Positions 11,321-23,209 of a DNA stretch of 64,000 nt are shown piece after piece (position 1 is the first letter of the stretch; every line of letters starts with the position of its first letter). The stretch is from Octopus sinensis (taxonomy: Eukaryota). A program made the position numbers and the translations under genes. Where the stretch lies: contig NC_043006.1 in NCBI RefSeq assembly GCF_006345805.1, positions 84,444,001 to 84,508,000 on the forward strand. The letters are read 5' to 3'. The notes under the pieces were generated by a model. The model saw only the letters and a list, made by a program, of their open reading frames with translations. It had not been told where the DNA came from and did no database searches.

Positions 11321-11696
11321 GAAGATAGCTGGTATATGGTGAATTCGTGTACACTGTTTTTACACTGTTTTTTTAACCACTTTTTAAAACCAATTAAACC
11401 ATTTTTAACCGTTTTAAACCATTTTAAACATTAAAAAATTTTTAAACCACCGTTAAACTTTTTTTAACCCCTGGTCCTTTCGTTTACTCACTTTTTCAGC
11501 ACCTCCTTCTTATGCTTGAAAACCGCCCACCTCATCATTTTTGATATACACACACGTAATATCAGGCCAGGGTAAAATAGTTCAAGGGTGCTTGTATGAT
11601 GCGAGTGACTACTTACCACAGCACCACTCTATTATAAGTGAATACTGTAAACATAAGCGACTTTGTTTATTTGCTTATTCACTTTTCAAAGTCTAT

Positions 11697-11749
<53 letters not shown>

Positions 11750-11753
11750 TTAC

Positions 11754-11793
<40 letters not shown>

Positions 11794-11869
11794 TTATTAT
11801 TGCTATTGGTGTTGTCAATATTGGCATTATTATTGTCGGTGTTGTGATTCTAGCTGACTAGTAGGCACT

Positions 11870-12065
11870 TTACTATCGTTTGCACGCCGGGCAAATTGCT
11901 TACCAAGCATTTTGTCCGTCTTTACGTTCTGAGTTCAAATTCTGCCGGGGTCGACTTTGCCATTCATTCCCCTCTGGGTCGATAAAATAAACACCAGTTG
12001 AGTACTCAGTCATTGTAATCGCCTTACTCCCTTCCCGAAATTGCTGGCCTTGTGCCAAAATTATT
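11870..12065 (+). mobile_element. SINE family B
   Basis: gcacgccgggcaaattgctta...ttctgagttcaaattctgccggggtcgactttgcc...ttgctggccttgtgccaaaatt. Confidence 0.85.
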
Positions 12066-12384
12066 ATTAGTAGTATTATTATCATTTATGGTTCCCTTTC
12101 ATAACTTTATTTCAGCTGCCTTAGTACCGAGGCCAAATGACGCAAGGGCATTTTTGTTTTTGTTATGCATGCTAAAATTACTACCACATTTATTCCATTT
12201 TAGATGGAGAGTGCTTTCCGTACACGGAGATTGGAGTTACCAAGGAGTTGCTTAATATACTTCTCAGCTTAATATACTTCTTTTTCATTCCCAAAGCACC
12301 AATTATTACTGGTATTATCGTAGTACTAAGCCTCCACATTTTTGTGGTTTCAATTTGCCGATCTTTATAGTGAGAAGGCTTTTC

Positions 12385-12441
<57 letters not shown>

Positions 12442-12780
12442 TTATTATTATTATTGAGTGAGAGAGCAGTGCATGCCATCAAAGTGACACTGGAGTAAAA
12501 TATAAGAAGCCAGTATACCCATCATGACTACCCGTCTGATAAGGGTACACTAGGCACATGCATCACAACCATATGTGTGCGACATGGTGATCTCATATCA
12601 AGATAAACAGCACATGACCTTACAGGTGGGGCCCAGTTAGAATTTTCTTCTGGTCAAGTAATCCATCCTGCTCAAAAGGTCCTTGTTTAAGGATGTTGAA
12701 CGAAACACCCATGTTTCCAGAGGTGAATAATTCAAACCCCAAAGAATCCCACTCAACACATGGCTATGATGCTCCCCAAT
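12385..12780 (-). mobile_element. Probable LINE/SINE 3' fragment with (AAT)n tail
   Basis: A ~310 bp complex-sequence block (12467-12780) bounded on both sides by (TTA)n. No protein motif recognised; classification rests on recollection of similar mollusc repeats. Confidence 0.45.
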
Positions 12781-12786
12781 ACTTAC

Positions 12787-12823
<37 letters not shown>

Positions 12824-12917
12824 GTTGTTGTTGTTGTTGTTGTTGTTGTTATTGCTATTATTATTATTATTATATTATTATTATTGTTGTTGTTGTTGTT
12901 GTTGTTGTTGTTATTGC

Positions 12918-12948
<31 letters not shown>

Positions 12949-13784
12949 GTTATTATTATCATTATTTTGCAACAAGCAAGAATGTTAGTCCTAAAATCTC
13001 TCTGAGAGATCAAGGCAGTAGTTATACTGACAAGTAATATTCGTAGCCTGTGTGTTCGCTTGAAATATATATATATTGCGTGCAGAAGCGAGCTGCTATC
13101 AGCTCAAGCAGACGAAGTGACTAGTACTAAGGAGTGGCAAAAATAGCCCGAAGCCACGACTTGTCTATTGGTCCCGTCGCTAAAAGATGGTAGAGGATTC
13201 GCTCCCCTGCTCGAAATTTTATCAGATGCAGCTGTGCACCGTTAACTAACCAACTAGAAGAGTAGTCTTTTTGGGATTAAAAAAATCGCGGTGGAGTCCG
13301 CTCGAACGGACAGCCATGTTAAAGTGGCTCGAATATTACTTATTATTATTACTTATTATTATTATTATTATTATTATTATTGGTATTAATATTGCCTTTG
13401 TTGCTGTGATTGTAGCTGGTTAATAAGCAATTTATCGTGATATTATATTTAATACTTTTTAAAGTTAATATTTAAACAGAAGTCAAAGACTAGCTGTTAC
13501 AACACTACATAATTGCCAGAACTTCCATTACGTCTGCTTGCTTCGAGATGAGTCATAAACCGGCAGTTGAACCTTTAAGGCTCCGAACATATGCAACATA
13601 TAATTCAAAACTACTACAGGGTTTATATAGCTCGCCTGTGATATGGTAACCTTACGTCCTTTGGGAATGCTTTTCAAACCAGGGTTATTTCAACAGATTT
13701 TTCTACATATTACACAAGAGTTATGATCATAAAAAATGCATAGATGCATCTATCAACCCTTTGTCCCTAGTGCCCATATAAAAT

Positions 13785-13841
13785 TTTTAGCGACACCTCC
13801 CCGCATCCCGAGAGCGGCACCGCCCACTTTCAGAAGCACTG
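13785..13841 (-). mobile_element. hAT-type MITE terminus
   Basis: Minus strand reads cagtgcttctgaaagtgggcggtgccgc, a CAGTG hAT-type TIR. It is flanked by gtgtaaac, an 8 bp site with central TA. Confidence 0.55.
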
Positions 13842-13852
13842 GTGTAAACTAT

Positions 13853-13952
13853 NNNNNNNNNNNNNNNNNNNNNNNNNNNNNNNNNNNNNNNNNNNNNNNN
13901 NNNNNNNNNNNNNNNNNNNNNNNNNNNNNNNNNNNNNNNNNNNNNNNNNNNN
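13853..13952. other. Assembly gap (100 N)
   Basis: Exactly 100 N, a placeholder size. True distance and orientation across the gap are unknown. Confidence 1.
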
Positions 13953-14292
13953 GAAGAAGAAGAAGAAGAAGAAGAAGAAGAAGAAAGTGACGATAGAGGA
14001 GGAAGGGTTCACCAAAAAACAGGAGGAAGGGGTGGAGGAGGAGGAGGAAGAGAGGCATGATGTGAAAGGGAAAAAAAGAAGAACGAGGAAGAGATGATGA
14101 AAAAATTGAAGAAGAAGAAGAAGAAGAAGAAAAGTGACGAGGGAGGAGGAAGGGTTCACCAAAAAAACAGGAGGAAGGGGCGGAGGAGGAAGAGGGGGAT
14201 AATGTGAAAGGGAAGAAAAAGAATAACGAGGAAGAGATGAAGAAGAAGAAGAAGAAGAAGAAGAAAAGAAGAAGAAGAAGAAGAAGAAGAAG

Positions 14293-14323
<31 letters not shown>

Positions 14324-14325
14324 CA
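13953..14325 (+). repeat. (GAA)n and purine-rich region with two ~150 bp degenerate units
   Basis: gaaagtgacga..gaggaggaagggttcaccaaaaaacaggaggaagggg occurs at about 13984 and 14130. Confidence 0.9.
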
Positions 14326-15109
14326 TAAACCTTCTAAAAATAGAACAGAACTAGGTCACTATGCATTAACCTACATCTACAGAGGAAAAAGTCAGTTGCT
14401 TGAAACGGGAGATGAAAGTCCCTCGCCTTTTCTGACTTGTTCCTACAATTGCCGTTATGAATAAAATGTAGTATCTCGCCGTTCACGCTTTATCAGTGTT
14501 GTAGGACTCGCTTTGTAGGCAAGGGAGCCTTTTAACAAAACAATCTGCTATTAATCGTAACGGTTCCTTGGTCCTTTTTTATTGTTGTTGTTGGTGTTGT
14601 TGTTGCTGCTGCTGTTGCTGCTGCTCAGTTGGCATAAAAGGGCAAAAGGAAATGAGAAAAAAATGATAATGGATATAGGGTATTGATATATGTTAACTGC
14701 CGAAATAGCAAGTCAGAAATGGTTAATTAATTAAAGGGTTGTCTCGTTGGAACTGATCTAGGGTTAAGCAACACCAACACACACAACAATGATAACACAC
14801 AGTAGAATCGAACGCTCGTATCTCATTGTTGGAAAACGAACTTAACAAATCTATGAGGCATGGCAATGTGGTAAAAAAACGTTCTTCCCTAACTACATGG
14901 TTCTGGGTTCAGTCCCACTACGTGAAACCTTTGGAATTTGTTCTCTACTGTAGTCTCAGGTTGACCAAAGCCTTGTGAGTTGATTTGGTTGACGGAAACT
15001 GAAAGAAGCCCGCTATATAGCTATCCATGGTCACATTGCTTAAATGCCCGCCAAGTTTAGTGGTGCAACACAATTGGATAGATCAATTTACATGTTGGTT
15101 TCAAGTCTT

Positions 15110-15303
15110 GGTTCAAGACCAACAAAATCGGGGAAGGGGATAAGTCCATTACACCGACCCCAGTGCTCAGCTGGTACTTATTTTACCGCCCCCAAGAGGA
15201 TCAAAGGCAAAAACGGCTTCAGCAGAATTTGAACTCAGAACATAAAGACAAATGAAATGCAGCTAAGCATATTGTCTGGTGTGCTAACAATTCAGCCAAC
15301 CGC

Positions 15304-15390
<87 letters not shown>

Positions 15391-15605
15391 CCTTTCTAAT
15401 AAAGGCAGAAGGCCTGAAATTTTGAGCGGGGGGCTATGTTGATTATACCGACCCCAGTGCTCAGCTGGTATTCATTTTATCGACGTCGAAAGGATGAAAG
15501 GCAAAAACGACCTGCGCAGAATTTGAACTCAGAACGTAAAGACGGGCGAAGTGCCGCCAAGCATTTTACCCAGCTTTACTACCGATTCTGCCAGTTCGCC
15601 GCCTT
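15110..15605 (-). mobile_element. Two SINE family B copies in tandem separated by (AAT)n
   Basis: 15110-15305 and 15395-15605 both contain ccccagtgctcagctggta...gcaaa..cgac..ggcagaatttgaactcagaac. Confidence 0.85.
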
Positions 15606-15857
15606 GAGATTTATTTACATATTAAACAGGGAAGTGATATGCACATATTAATTGCTTGCAAGGATACGGTGTCCCGTTTTGCAACAATAATATATAACGA
15701 AGTATATTAAAGGCTTACAAGTCAATATTGTGTCGTATCCTGTGTTAGCAGTGCGATATTCTCACTTTTATGGTTATCTCTATAGATTTCCTATGTGATT
15801 GATTGAGTGATTGATTGATTAACCAACTGACTAAACAGTTAATCGATTAGTTTATTC

Positions 15858-16190
15858 TTTTATTCTTTTACTTGTTTCAGTCATTTGACTGCGGCCATGC
15901 TGGATATTCTTTGTAAGCCAAGTATTTATTCTATCGGTCTGTTTTGCCGAACTGCTAAGTTACTGGGACGTAAATACACCAGCATCGGTTGTCAAGCGAT
16001 GGTGGGGGGACTCACACAGACACACAAACATACATATATATATATATATCCGCCGGGCTTCTTTCAGTTTCCATCTACCAAATCCACTCACAAGGCTTTG
16101 GTTGGCCCAAGTCTATAGTAGGAGACACTTGTCCAAGGTGCCACGCAGTGGGACTGAACTCAGAACCATGTGGTTGGTAAGCAAGCTACT
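15858..16190 (-). mobile_element. SINE family A, full length
   Basis: Tail, internal (TA)n and tRNA-like head all present. Further family A copies or fragments lie at about 2945-3115, 14860-15015, 28265-28440, 29105-29250, 34285-34450, 40830-41125, 44600-44765, 54320-54700 and 63410-63540. Confidence 0.9.
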
Positions 16191-16369
16191 TTAGTTCATA
16201 AAATTTGCTATGAAGGCATTACAAAGAGAGGACGAACAAGGACAGACAAAGTTTAAAAATTTATGAGGATAAATTTATGATTCAATTTAAAAATTACAAA
16301 TTACTATTTACAAATTACAAAGTGTGTGATCTGAAGGAAAGCGATTTATTCAGTCCTGTTATACAACAG

Positions 16370-17470
16370 GGCGGCCATCACTTCCCTTATATCAACTTCA
16401 GGTGACACTTCTGTCACTCTTACTCGAGCACTTCGTCTCCCCATCTAGGTTGGCAGAAGTACCAACTCCTTCGTTTTTAGGGGACTCACTGAGTGCTCTT
16501 GGGCTTTTACTTCTGTCTCAAATCTGGCCTCTACTGTGCCATAAGTACGGCCCCTTACTATATACTTTATGTCTTCCCATATGGAGCCAGATATTTTTCA
16601 ATTTTGCACTGCTCAAAGTGCTTAAATTTCTTTGTTGAATGACAGTATGTCCTTCTTTTCAATTTTTCAACACTAGGTGAGGGTGGTATTTTTATATCAA
16701 CCCCCATCCCTTCTTTCATTTTTTCAAAAAAGCCGGAGAGCTTTTCCTTTGATAGTTCGACGTTTTCAGTAGCCACCGCGGTACTGCTGAAAATTTCTTA
16801 ACAGGCTCTTCCAGTGAATTTTTCTCTGAAAATATTTCGACCGACATATTCATTCGAAATAAATTTATACACAACTTAATCCCAGAAAACGGGAAACCTA
16901 TAATTTTTTACATTTTTTTTCTCTCAACGAGGACAACAGTTCAAATCCCACCCCCCGCTGGGGGCGAGACGTAACAACAAAGTCTACAACGGTCGAAATT
17001 AAATTTTTCACACAATAATAAAAATACGGTATCCCCCAAAAAGGGAAACCTATAATGTTTTATTTTTTATTTTCCTCACAACGAGGTGCCACAATAAAGC
17101 CTAGAACGGCTAGAATTAAATTTTTCACACAATAATAAACTGATTATCCCCCAAAACGGGAAACCTATAATATTTTTTTCCTCTTAATGACGATAACAGT
17201 TCAAATCCCACCCCCGCTGGGAGGGAGCCACGACAATAAAGCCTACAACGGCTTTAACCAGTTCAATATTTCAACAATGCACAACTGCAAAATTGACTTT
17301 ACACAAAGAATTACTTTCTCCCATCACCAGGATGGGAAATTTTCAAGGTTTAACAGTTCAACAATGTTTAACAGTTCGAAAATGTTCAACAATAAACAGT
17401 CAACAGAAAAATTATTCAACGTTCAGCAAAACGTTTGACTCACCGCCAAAAACACACGTCTAAACACGAG
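16370..17470 (-). mobile_element. 5' part of an ORF1-type LINE derivative: 5' region with tandem monomers (16860-17250) and pseudogenised ORF1 N-terminus (16370-16790)
   Basis: Minus strand reads MATENVELSKEK...IEKYLAPYGKT*...GRTYGTVEARFETEVKAQEHSVSPLKTKELVLLPT*MGRRSARVRV, aligning with the 8229..8747 peptide. Three degenerate copies of the ...gggaaacctataat... unit lie upstream. Confidence 0.65.
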
Positions 17471-17474
17471 ACAG

Positions 17475-18320
17475 GTAAGCATGCTACTTTATTTCATTTT
17501 ATTTGCCATAAAGGCAGTATACAGAGTAGCTGTGGGCTGGACAAGACATTAGTGAGGCGAATGATAATAATACAAGATGATAAAGATGGGAGAAGACAGA
17601 AAGCGCCCGCCGACCCTCTTCTTATTCTCTTTTGCGACCCCTGCTTCTTCTCTCTTGTGGCCTGCAGGTATTCCTGCAACCATCAATCGGAGCCAAAATA
17701 AAGTAATCTGTATTCCTCCTTTGGGAAGGATCTTGACCTGTGGAAAAAAATCTTTTCTTTCCAGTACCAGTGCAGCCACCTGCGAAGGCCACTCTAGGCT
17801 GTCAATAAAAATCGGGTCCATCAGAACCCGACTATTATTCTCCACATACTCCTCAATCGCCCCTCCCCTGCGATAGAGGAATACAAATTCCTCATCACTT
17901 TCATTGAGAGGGAACTCAAATACCTCGCTCGGTGGCACATATCCCACCGAGAAGGTTTCCTTCTTCTTCCCGTCCGGTGGCACACATCCCACCGTTTTCT
18001 CTTTTCTTCTTCTTTCTTTTCTCCTTTGCGACGGGAAGGTGGAGTTCCTCCGACATGTCCGGAGGTCCCTCCTCCCCTCCCGTCACCTCAGGGTTCACCG
18101 GTGGGCAACCATTGTTGCCCACCTTCTTTCTCTTAGTACCTTTTCTCAAGGAGGTTACCTCCTCCTCGACTTTCTCCCTCTCTCCCTCCAATGAAGGAGC
18201 AGGAGGCTCCGTTGGGGGAACAGTGGGTTTACAGTCATTAATCAACTGTTCCAGGTCCTTCGCCTGGGTCCAGTAACAGTTCTTCTTCATGTGCCCTGAT
18301 TCCAGCACAGGTACACTTAT
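17475..18320 (-). mobile_element. 3' part of an ORF1-type LINE derivative: CCHC zinc knuckle, ORF1 C-terminus, 3' UTR with AATAAA, no RT
   Basis: At 18270-18320 aagtgtacctgtgctggaatcagggcacatgaagaagaactgt restores to C-x2-C-x4-H-x4-C (CYLCLESGHMKKNC) if two 1-nt deletions are assumed. ORFs 17916..18308 and 17549..17992 follow, then ctttatggcaaataaaatgaaataaa. Confidence 0.65.
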
Positions 18321-18427
18321 TTATTTACACACACACACACACCACACACACACACACACACACATATATACATATATTATATATTATATATATAATATAT
18401 AATATATATAATATATATATATATAAG

Positions 18428-19042
18428 AAATAGTGAATAACAAGCTCCAATGTTTGCTGGAAATAGCAGTCGATAACGATACGACGCTATATAAAGTTTC
18501 CCTGAAATGTATACTGGCAAAGATGTATGCGGGCAGCGATTTTAAAACAATTTCCTCTTACCTCAAGGAAGAGCATCGGAAAATGGACAACCTAAAATGA
18601 ATAATCTAGGACCCGAGTTCCGGACTTTGCAAAATACGTTTGTTATCGTAAATTTGATTAGTCTTCATCAGCTAGATTTACCTGAGACGAAATTTGAAAA
18701 CATCGCTACATCTTGCCAGTATATTCAGCTCAACGCCTAGCCGTTAACAGAACCGAGATGAGTGAAAATGTTTTCTATAAAATTTTTAAATATCATTGCA
18801 ATACAATATAATACAATAGAATCACTTTTCAGCCAAATAAAGCACCGTAAAGGTAGAATAATAATAAATGATAATAATAACAATAATAAATAGCGTCATA
18901 TCGTTATCGATTGCTATTTCCAGTAAACATTGGTGCCTCGTTGTATTGCTATTTTTTATTTATCATTCTAGCTTTATGGTGCTTTATTCGGCTGAAAAGT
19001 GATTCTATTGTATTCTATTGCAATGATATTTAAAATTTTTAT
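18428..19042. mobile_element. Non-coding hammerhead-bearing element (~445 bp monomer) with A-X-B / A'-B' inverted arrangement
   Basis: A 18428-18490 pairs with A' 18890-18954; B 18777-18869 pairs with B' 18955-19042. Flanked by (TA)n and (CA)n. Confidence 0.8.
18603..18678 (-). ncRNA. Type I hammerhead ribozyme with A13G substitution
   Basis: AATCTAG-CTGATGA-A GACT...AGTC C-GGAAC-TCGG-GTC-CTAGATT. Helix I is a perfect 7 bp; GGAA replaces GAAA. Confidence 0.75.
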
Positions 19043-19057
19043 ACACACACATACATA

Positions 19058-19336
19058 TTCTTTTATTCCTTTACTCGTTTCAGTCATTTGACCGCGGCCA
19101 AGCTGGAGCAACGCCTTTTAGTCGAACAAATCCACCCCAGGACTTTGTAAGCCTAGTACTTATTCTATCGGTATCACTTGCCGAACCAGTAGGTTTCGGG
19201 GAGACACCAACATCGGTTGTCAAGCAATGGTGGGGGACAAACACAGACACACATATGCATGCATGCATACATACATACATACATACATACATACATACAT
19301 ACATACATGCATATATAATACATTACACACACACAC

Positions 19337-19394
<58 letters not shown>

Positions 19395-19550
19395 TATATA
19401 TATACGACGGGCTTCTTTCAGTTTCCGCCTACCAAACCCGCTCACAAGGCTTTGGTCGGCACGAGCTTATGTAGAAGACACATTCCCAAGGTACCACGTA
19501 GTGCGACTGAACCCAGAACCATGGGTTGGGAAGCAAACTTCTTACTACAC
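19058..19550 (-). mobile_element. SINE family A, full length with expanded internal microsatellite
   Basis: Tail at 19058-19250, (TACA)n/(TA)n, head at 19405-19550. Confidence 0.9.
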
Positions 19551-19591
19551 AGTGACATATTATATATATTATTATATTTATATATATATAA

Positions 19592-19634
<43 letters not shown>

Positions 19635-19869
19635 ATATATACTATATATATATATATATATATATATACAAAGCTTTCCAGCGAACGGTAACGTGAAACT
19701 CTGTGTAACAGTGTTTGTGATATTTTTGCTACTTTATAATAAAGTATATATATATATATATATATATATATAACGGAAGCTTTATGAAAATAAACAAAAG
19801 ACGAGGCAGGTGGAGTACAAACAAACAATTGTATTAGTATGGCGCTCAGGAATATAAATAAAACAAGTA

Positions 19870-19904
19870 TTTTACGTTTCGAGCCTACGCTCTTCAACAG
19901 AAAG
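19870..19904 (-). ncRNA. Minimal hammerhead-like motif (CUGUUGA variant) in the Penelope terminal repeat
   Basis: CTTT-CTGTTGA-A-GAGC gtag GCTC-GAAAC-GTA-AAAT. Confidence 0.6.
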
Positions 19905-20688
19905 ATACACAGAAAAGAAATACGGAGAGAAACAAGGAGAGAAAAAAATGCGTGCAGAAGCTAGCGATTCAACATGGCGATTCTGGCCAGAAGTCAGAGA
20001 TCAAACGTCACACGCAAGAGCGAAAATCGGGGAGATAACAGGGTCAAATGACTTCGCCCCAACATAAGGGTGCGTGTGTGTATGAGGGAGTATGTGGTGC
20101 GTATGAAAGGTCTGGACGAGCGTATGTATGTATGATGTGATGTGTAATGTCGTATGGTGTAGTGTAGAGAGGGGAGATGAGAGGGAGAGTGAGAGAGAGA
20201 GGGGAGGAGGGGGAGATGAAGGTGAAGGGGGGAGGGGAGATGAGAGGTAGGGGAGGGGTGAAAGGGGAGAGGGGGAGGAGGGGAGAGGGGAGGGAAGGAG
20301 GGAGAGGGAGAAGAGAAAGGTGAGAGTGAGGGGGAGGGTGAGAGGGGGAAGAAGGAGGGGGTGAGGGTGAGATAGATGAGGGCGAGGGTGAGAGGGGGAA
20401 GAAGGAAAGAGGAGAAGAGGGGGAGGGGAACGGGGAGAAGGAAGGAGAGGAGAAGAGGAGGGGGATGGGAAAGGAGGGGAGAGAGGAGGGGGAGGAGGAG
20501 GGGGAGGGGGGGGAGAGAGAAGGGAAGTGAGGGAGCAGAGAGAAAGAGAGAAGGGGAAGAGGGAAGAAGAAAGAAGAAAGAAGAGAAGGGAAGGGAAGAG
20601 GAGGGAAAGAGAGTAGGGGTGAAAAGATGAAGGACCGAAGAGAAGCAGGAGTCGGAGTCGGGGGGGAGGTTAGATGAGGAGGGGGAGA

Positions 20689-21270
20689 GTTGAGACCAAA
20701 TGGCGTAAAAGAGCGAAGAGAGAAGATTAATCCCTGTTCACGGCGCAAACGGGAATCCGGATGGCCTCTGTGCAAGGACAAACCGAACACAGACAGGTGT
20801 TGCAAGGAGTGACCGGTGGAGCGGAAATGGCGTGAGACCGGTGTGTCGTTGGCAAGGCGGATGTCACGGAGGTGTTCCGCGAACCGGTCAGCCAAGCGGC
20901 GTCCCGTTTGTCCGATGTACAGGGAATGGCAGAGAGAGCAAGAGATGTAGTAGATGATATTACTGGAGGTGCAGGTGAAGGAGTTGATGATGCGATAGGG
21001 TCGATGATGGGTGCCAGTGAGGAGGGTGGTGTTGGAGAGGTAAGGGCAAGTGTGGCAACGTGGGCGGGAGCAGGGGAACGAGCCAGGTTGGGAGGTAGGG
21101 TCAGGGAAGGAGCTGTGGACAAAAAGGTCTTGTAGGTTATGGGCTCGTTTGAAGGAGGGGAGGGGTCGGTTAGGGAAGAGGTGTGAAGTGGACGGGTCGG
21201 ACTGGAGATGCCGGAAAGCTCGAAGAATGGTGCGTTGGAGAGGTAGGGTCGTGGGGTGGTAAGTGAGGGG
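20689..21270 (-). CDS. Penelope-type GIY-YIG endonuclease domain with Cys/His motifs (partial ORF, no RT in window)
   Basis: NIIY-x-YIGQT with an interposed CxxC, conserved EH and HF histidines, and a Cx4CxxC linker motif. No stop or frameshift in this interval. The ORF track captured only the part from 20895. Confidence 0.9.
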
Positions 21271-21623
21271 AAAAGGGAGGCGGGAGACTACAAAGCGGGT
21301 TCGTGGGGAGAGATGAACAATTGTATTAAGACGTACAACAGTCTTTGTTCACAAAGGACAACAAAAAGCAACAATGGCAGAAAGGTGAATTAAAGCAAGA
21401 CGCAGATCCAATTTTAAAAAATCTATTGCTTACGGCTATGTATTAAAATCACGAATCTATGAGAAAATTTTTGTATGAGGTCTAAATCAGTCAATGATTA
21501 ATATATACATATATTTGATCGTACATTATTTATTCGATTAGATAATAGGTAGACGTAGAAAAGTACACTTTTTTCATCTATCAATCTATCTGTTGTGCAT
21601 ATGTATATATATATATATATATA

Positions 21624-21664
<41 letters not shown>

Positions 21665-21776
21665 TTATTTATATATTTATATATATATGCACGCACGCAC
21701 AAATCTATCTATCATTATATCTATCTATCTCTCTGTCTCTGTCTCTGTCTGTCTGTCTGTCTCTCTCACTCTCTCC

Positions 21777-21870
<94 letters not shown>

Positions 21871-22409
21871 TATACATATACACACATATACATATCATAT
21901 ATTATATATATTTACAGTCAATTAATTGACTCATAGCAGACTTGCAGTTCCAGTTGAAATAACCGTTTCCTTTCGTTTCATTTTGTTCAAAATCTTTATT
22001 GGACTGGGGAAGGTCAGTCGACGAAGAAAGGTCTTGGTGGAATCGACTTAGAGTATTTCATAATCATATTTATTTATCGATCGGGCATCACCTATCCTAA
22101 CCTCGTATTTCTCATACAATGGCTCTTACATTCAGCTGTCTTGTGTTAATCGTTCTATTCACATTCATAAGTCTTTATTCTTTAAACGGAACTAGTTCTT
22201 TTCACCCGTAACTATTACGATCACGGTTTTCTCCCTTTAATAAATGGTCTTCTTAGTGTATATTAAGTCAATCAATAGTGTTGGTTTATATATTTTTAAT
22301 TGGGCAGAAAATTCTGCGATATTTGTGCTTCTATTTTTGGTTTTAAAAGTTTCTTCTCCATCAGAATTCAGCTGATGTTAAGTGATAGCAGCAACGCTCA
22401 TTGCCTACT

Positions 22410-22866
22410 CTTCCAGATATGCCAAAACATTGGTAGAAACAGAAATATATTTCTTTACTACCCACAAAGGGCTAAACATAGAGGGGACAAACAAAGACAG
22501 ACACACGGATTAAGTCGATTACATCGACTCCAGTGCGAAACTGGTACTTTATTTATCGACCCCGAAAGGATGAAAAGCAAAGTGGACCTCGGCGGAATTT
22601 GAACTCATAACGTAAAGACAGACGAAATACCTATTTCTATTTCTTTACTACCCACAAGGGGCTAAACACAGAGAGGACAAACAAGGACAGACAAACGGAT
22701 TAAGTCGATTATATCGATCCCAGTGCGTAACTGGTACTTATTTAATCGACCCCGAAAGGATGAAAGGCAAAGTCGACCTCGGCGGAATTTGAACTCAGAA
22801 CGTAGCGGTAGACGAAATACCGCTAAGCATTTCGCCCGGCGTGCTAACGTTTCTGCCAGCTCACCA
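22410..22866 (-). mobile_element. Head-to-tail SINE family B dimer
   Basis: A full copy (22630-22866) is directly followed on the minus strand by a copy truncated at aggtatttcgtctg (22410-22625). Confidence 0.9.
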
Positions 22867-23209
22867 CCACTATAACTGCTATATCTGTTTCTAAGCAGTT
22901 ATGATACACCGTTTGTGTCTCATATTAAATGTATGTACACTGTTGAAAGGCATAAAGCTGTGAGCTCTATCTGAGAGAGACTTTCTTTATAGATACGTCG
23001 TGTTACAAACACTATATGTCTATGACGAGGCTTTCCCCTCAGAGACATGCATATCAAAATGAGGCGAGCATCAATGCAAAAGTAATTCAAGACAACGACA
23101 GATTCGGTTCCCTCTGCTTAGATCTTGTCAATGTCGTACACCCGTTCGTCGTTTGGTATGACGAAATAATGCGTCAAGAGATAGGTAACAGCGAATAAGT
23201 ATTCCTAAT

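Larger units (their letters stand above)
19772..21315 (-). mobile_element. 5'-truncated Penelope-like retroelement (Neptune-type): linker, GIY-YIG endonuclease, CT-rich tract and terminal repeat
   Basis: The frame is open from 21348 to 20044 and contains RLPFPLTYHP...FPCSRPRCHTC...FTCTSSNIIYYISCSLCHSLYIGQTGRRLADRFAEHLRDI...PVSRHF...GHS...REQGLIFSLRSFTPFGLN. The 3' end abuts (TA)n. Confidence 0.92.

Noticed and set aside
17478-17495. catgcttacctg (minus) resembling the U1 snRNA 5' end, or a CAG|GTAAGC donor (plus)
   Set aside because: Similarity is limited to about 9 nt with no U1 body, and the site lies at an element junction.
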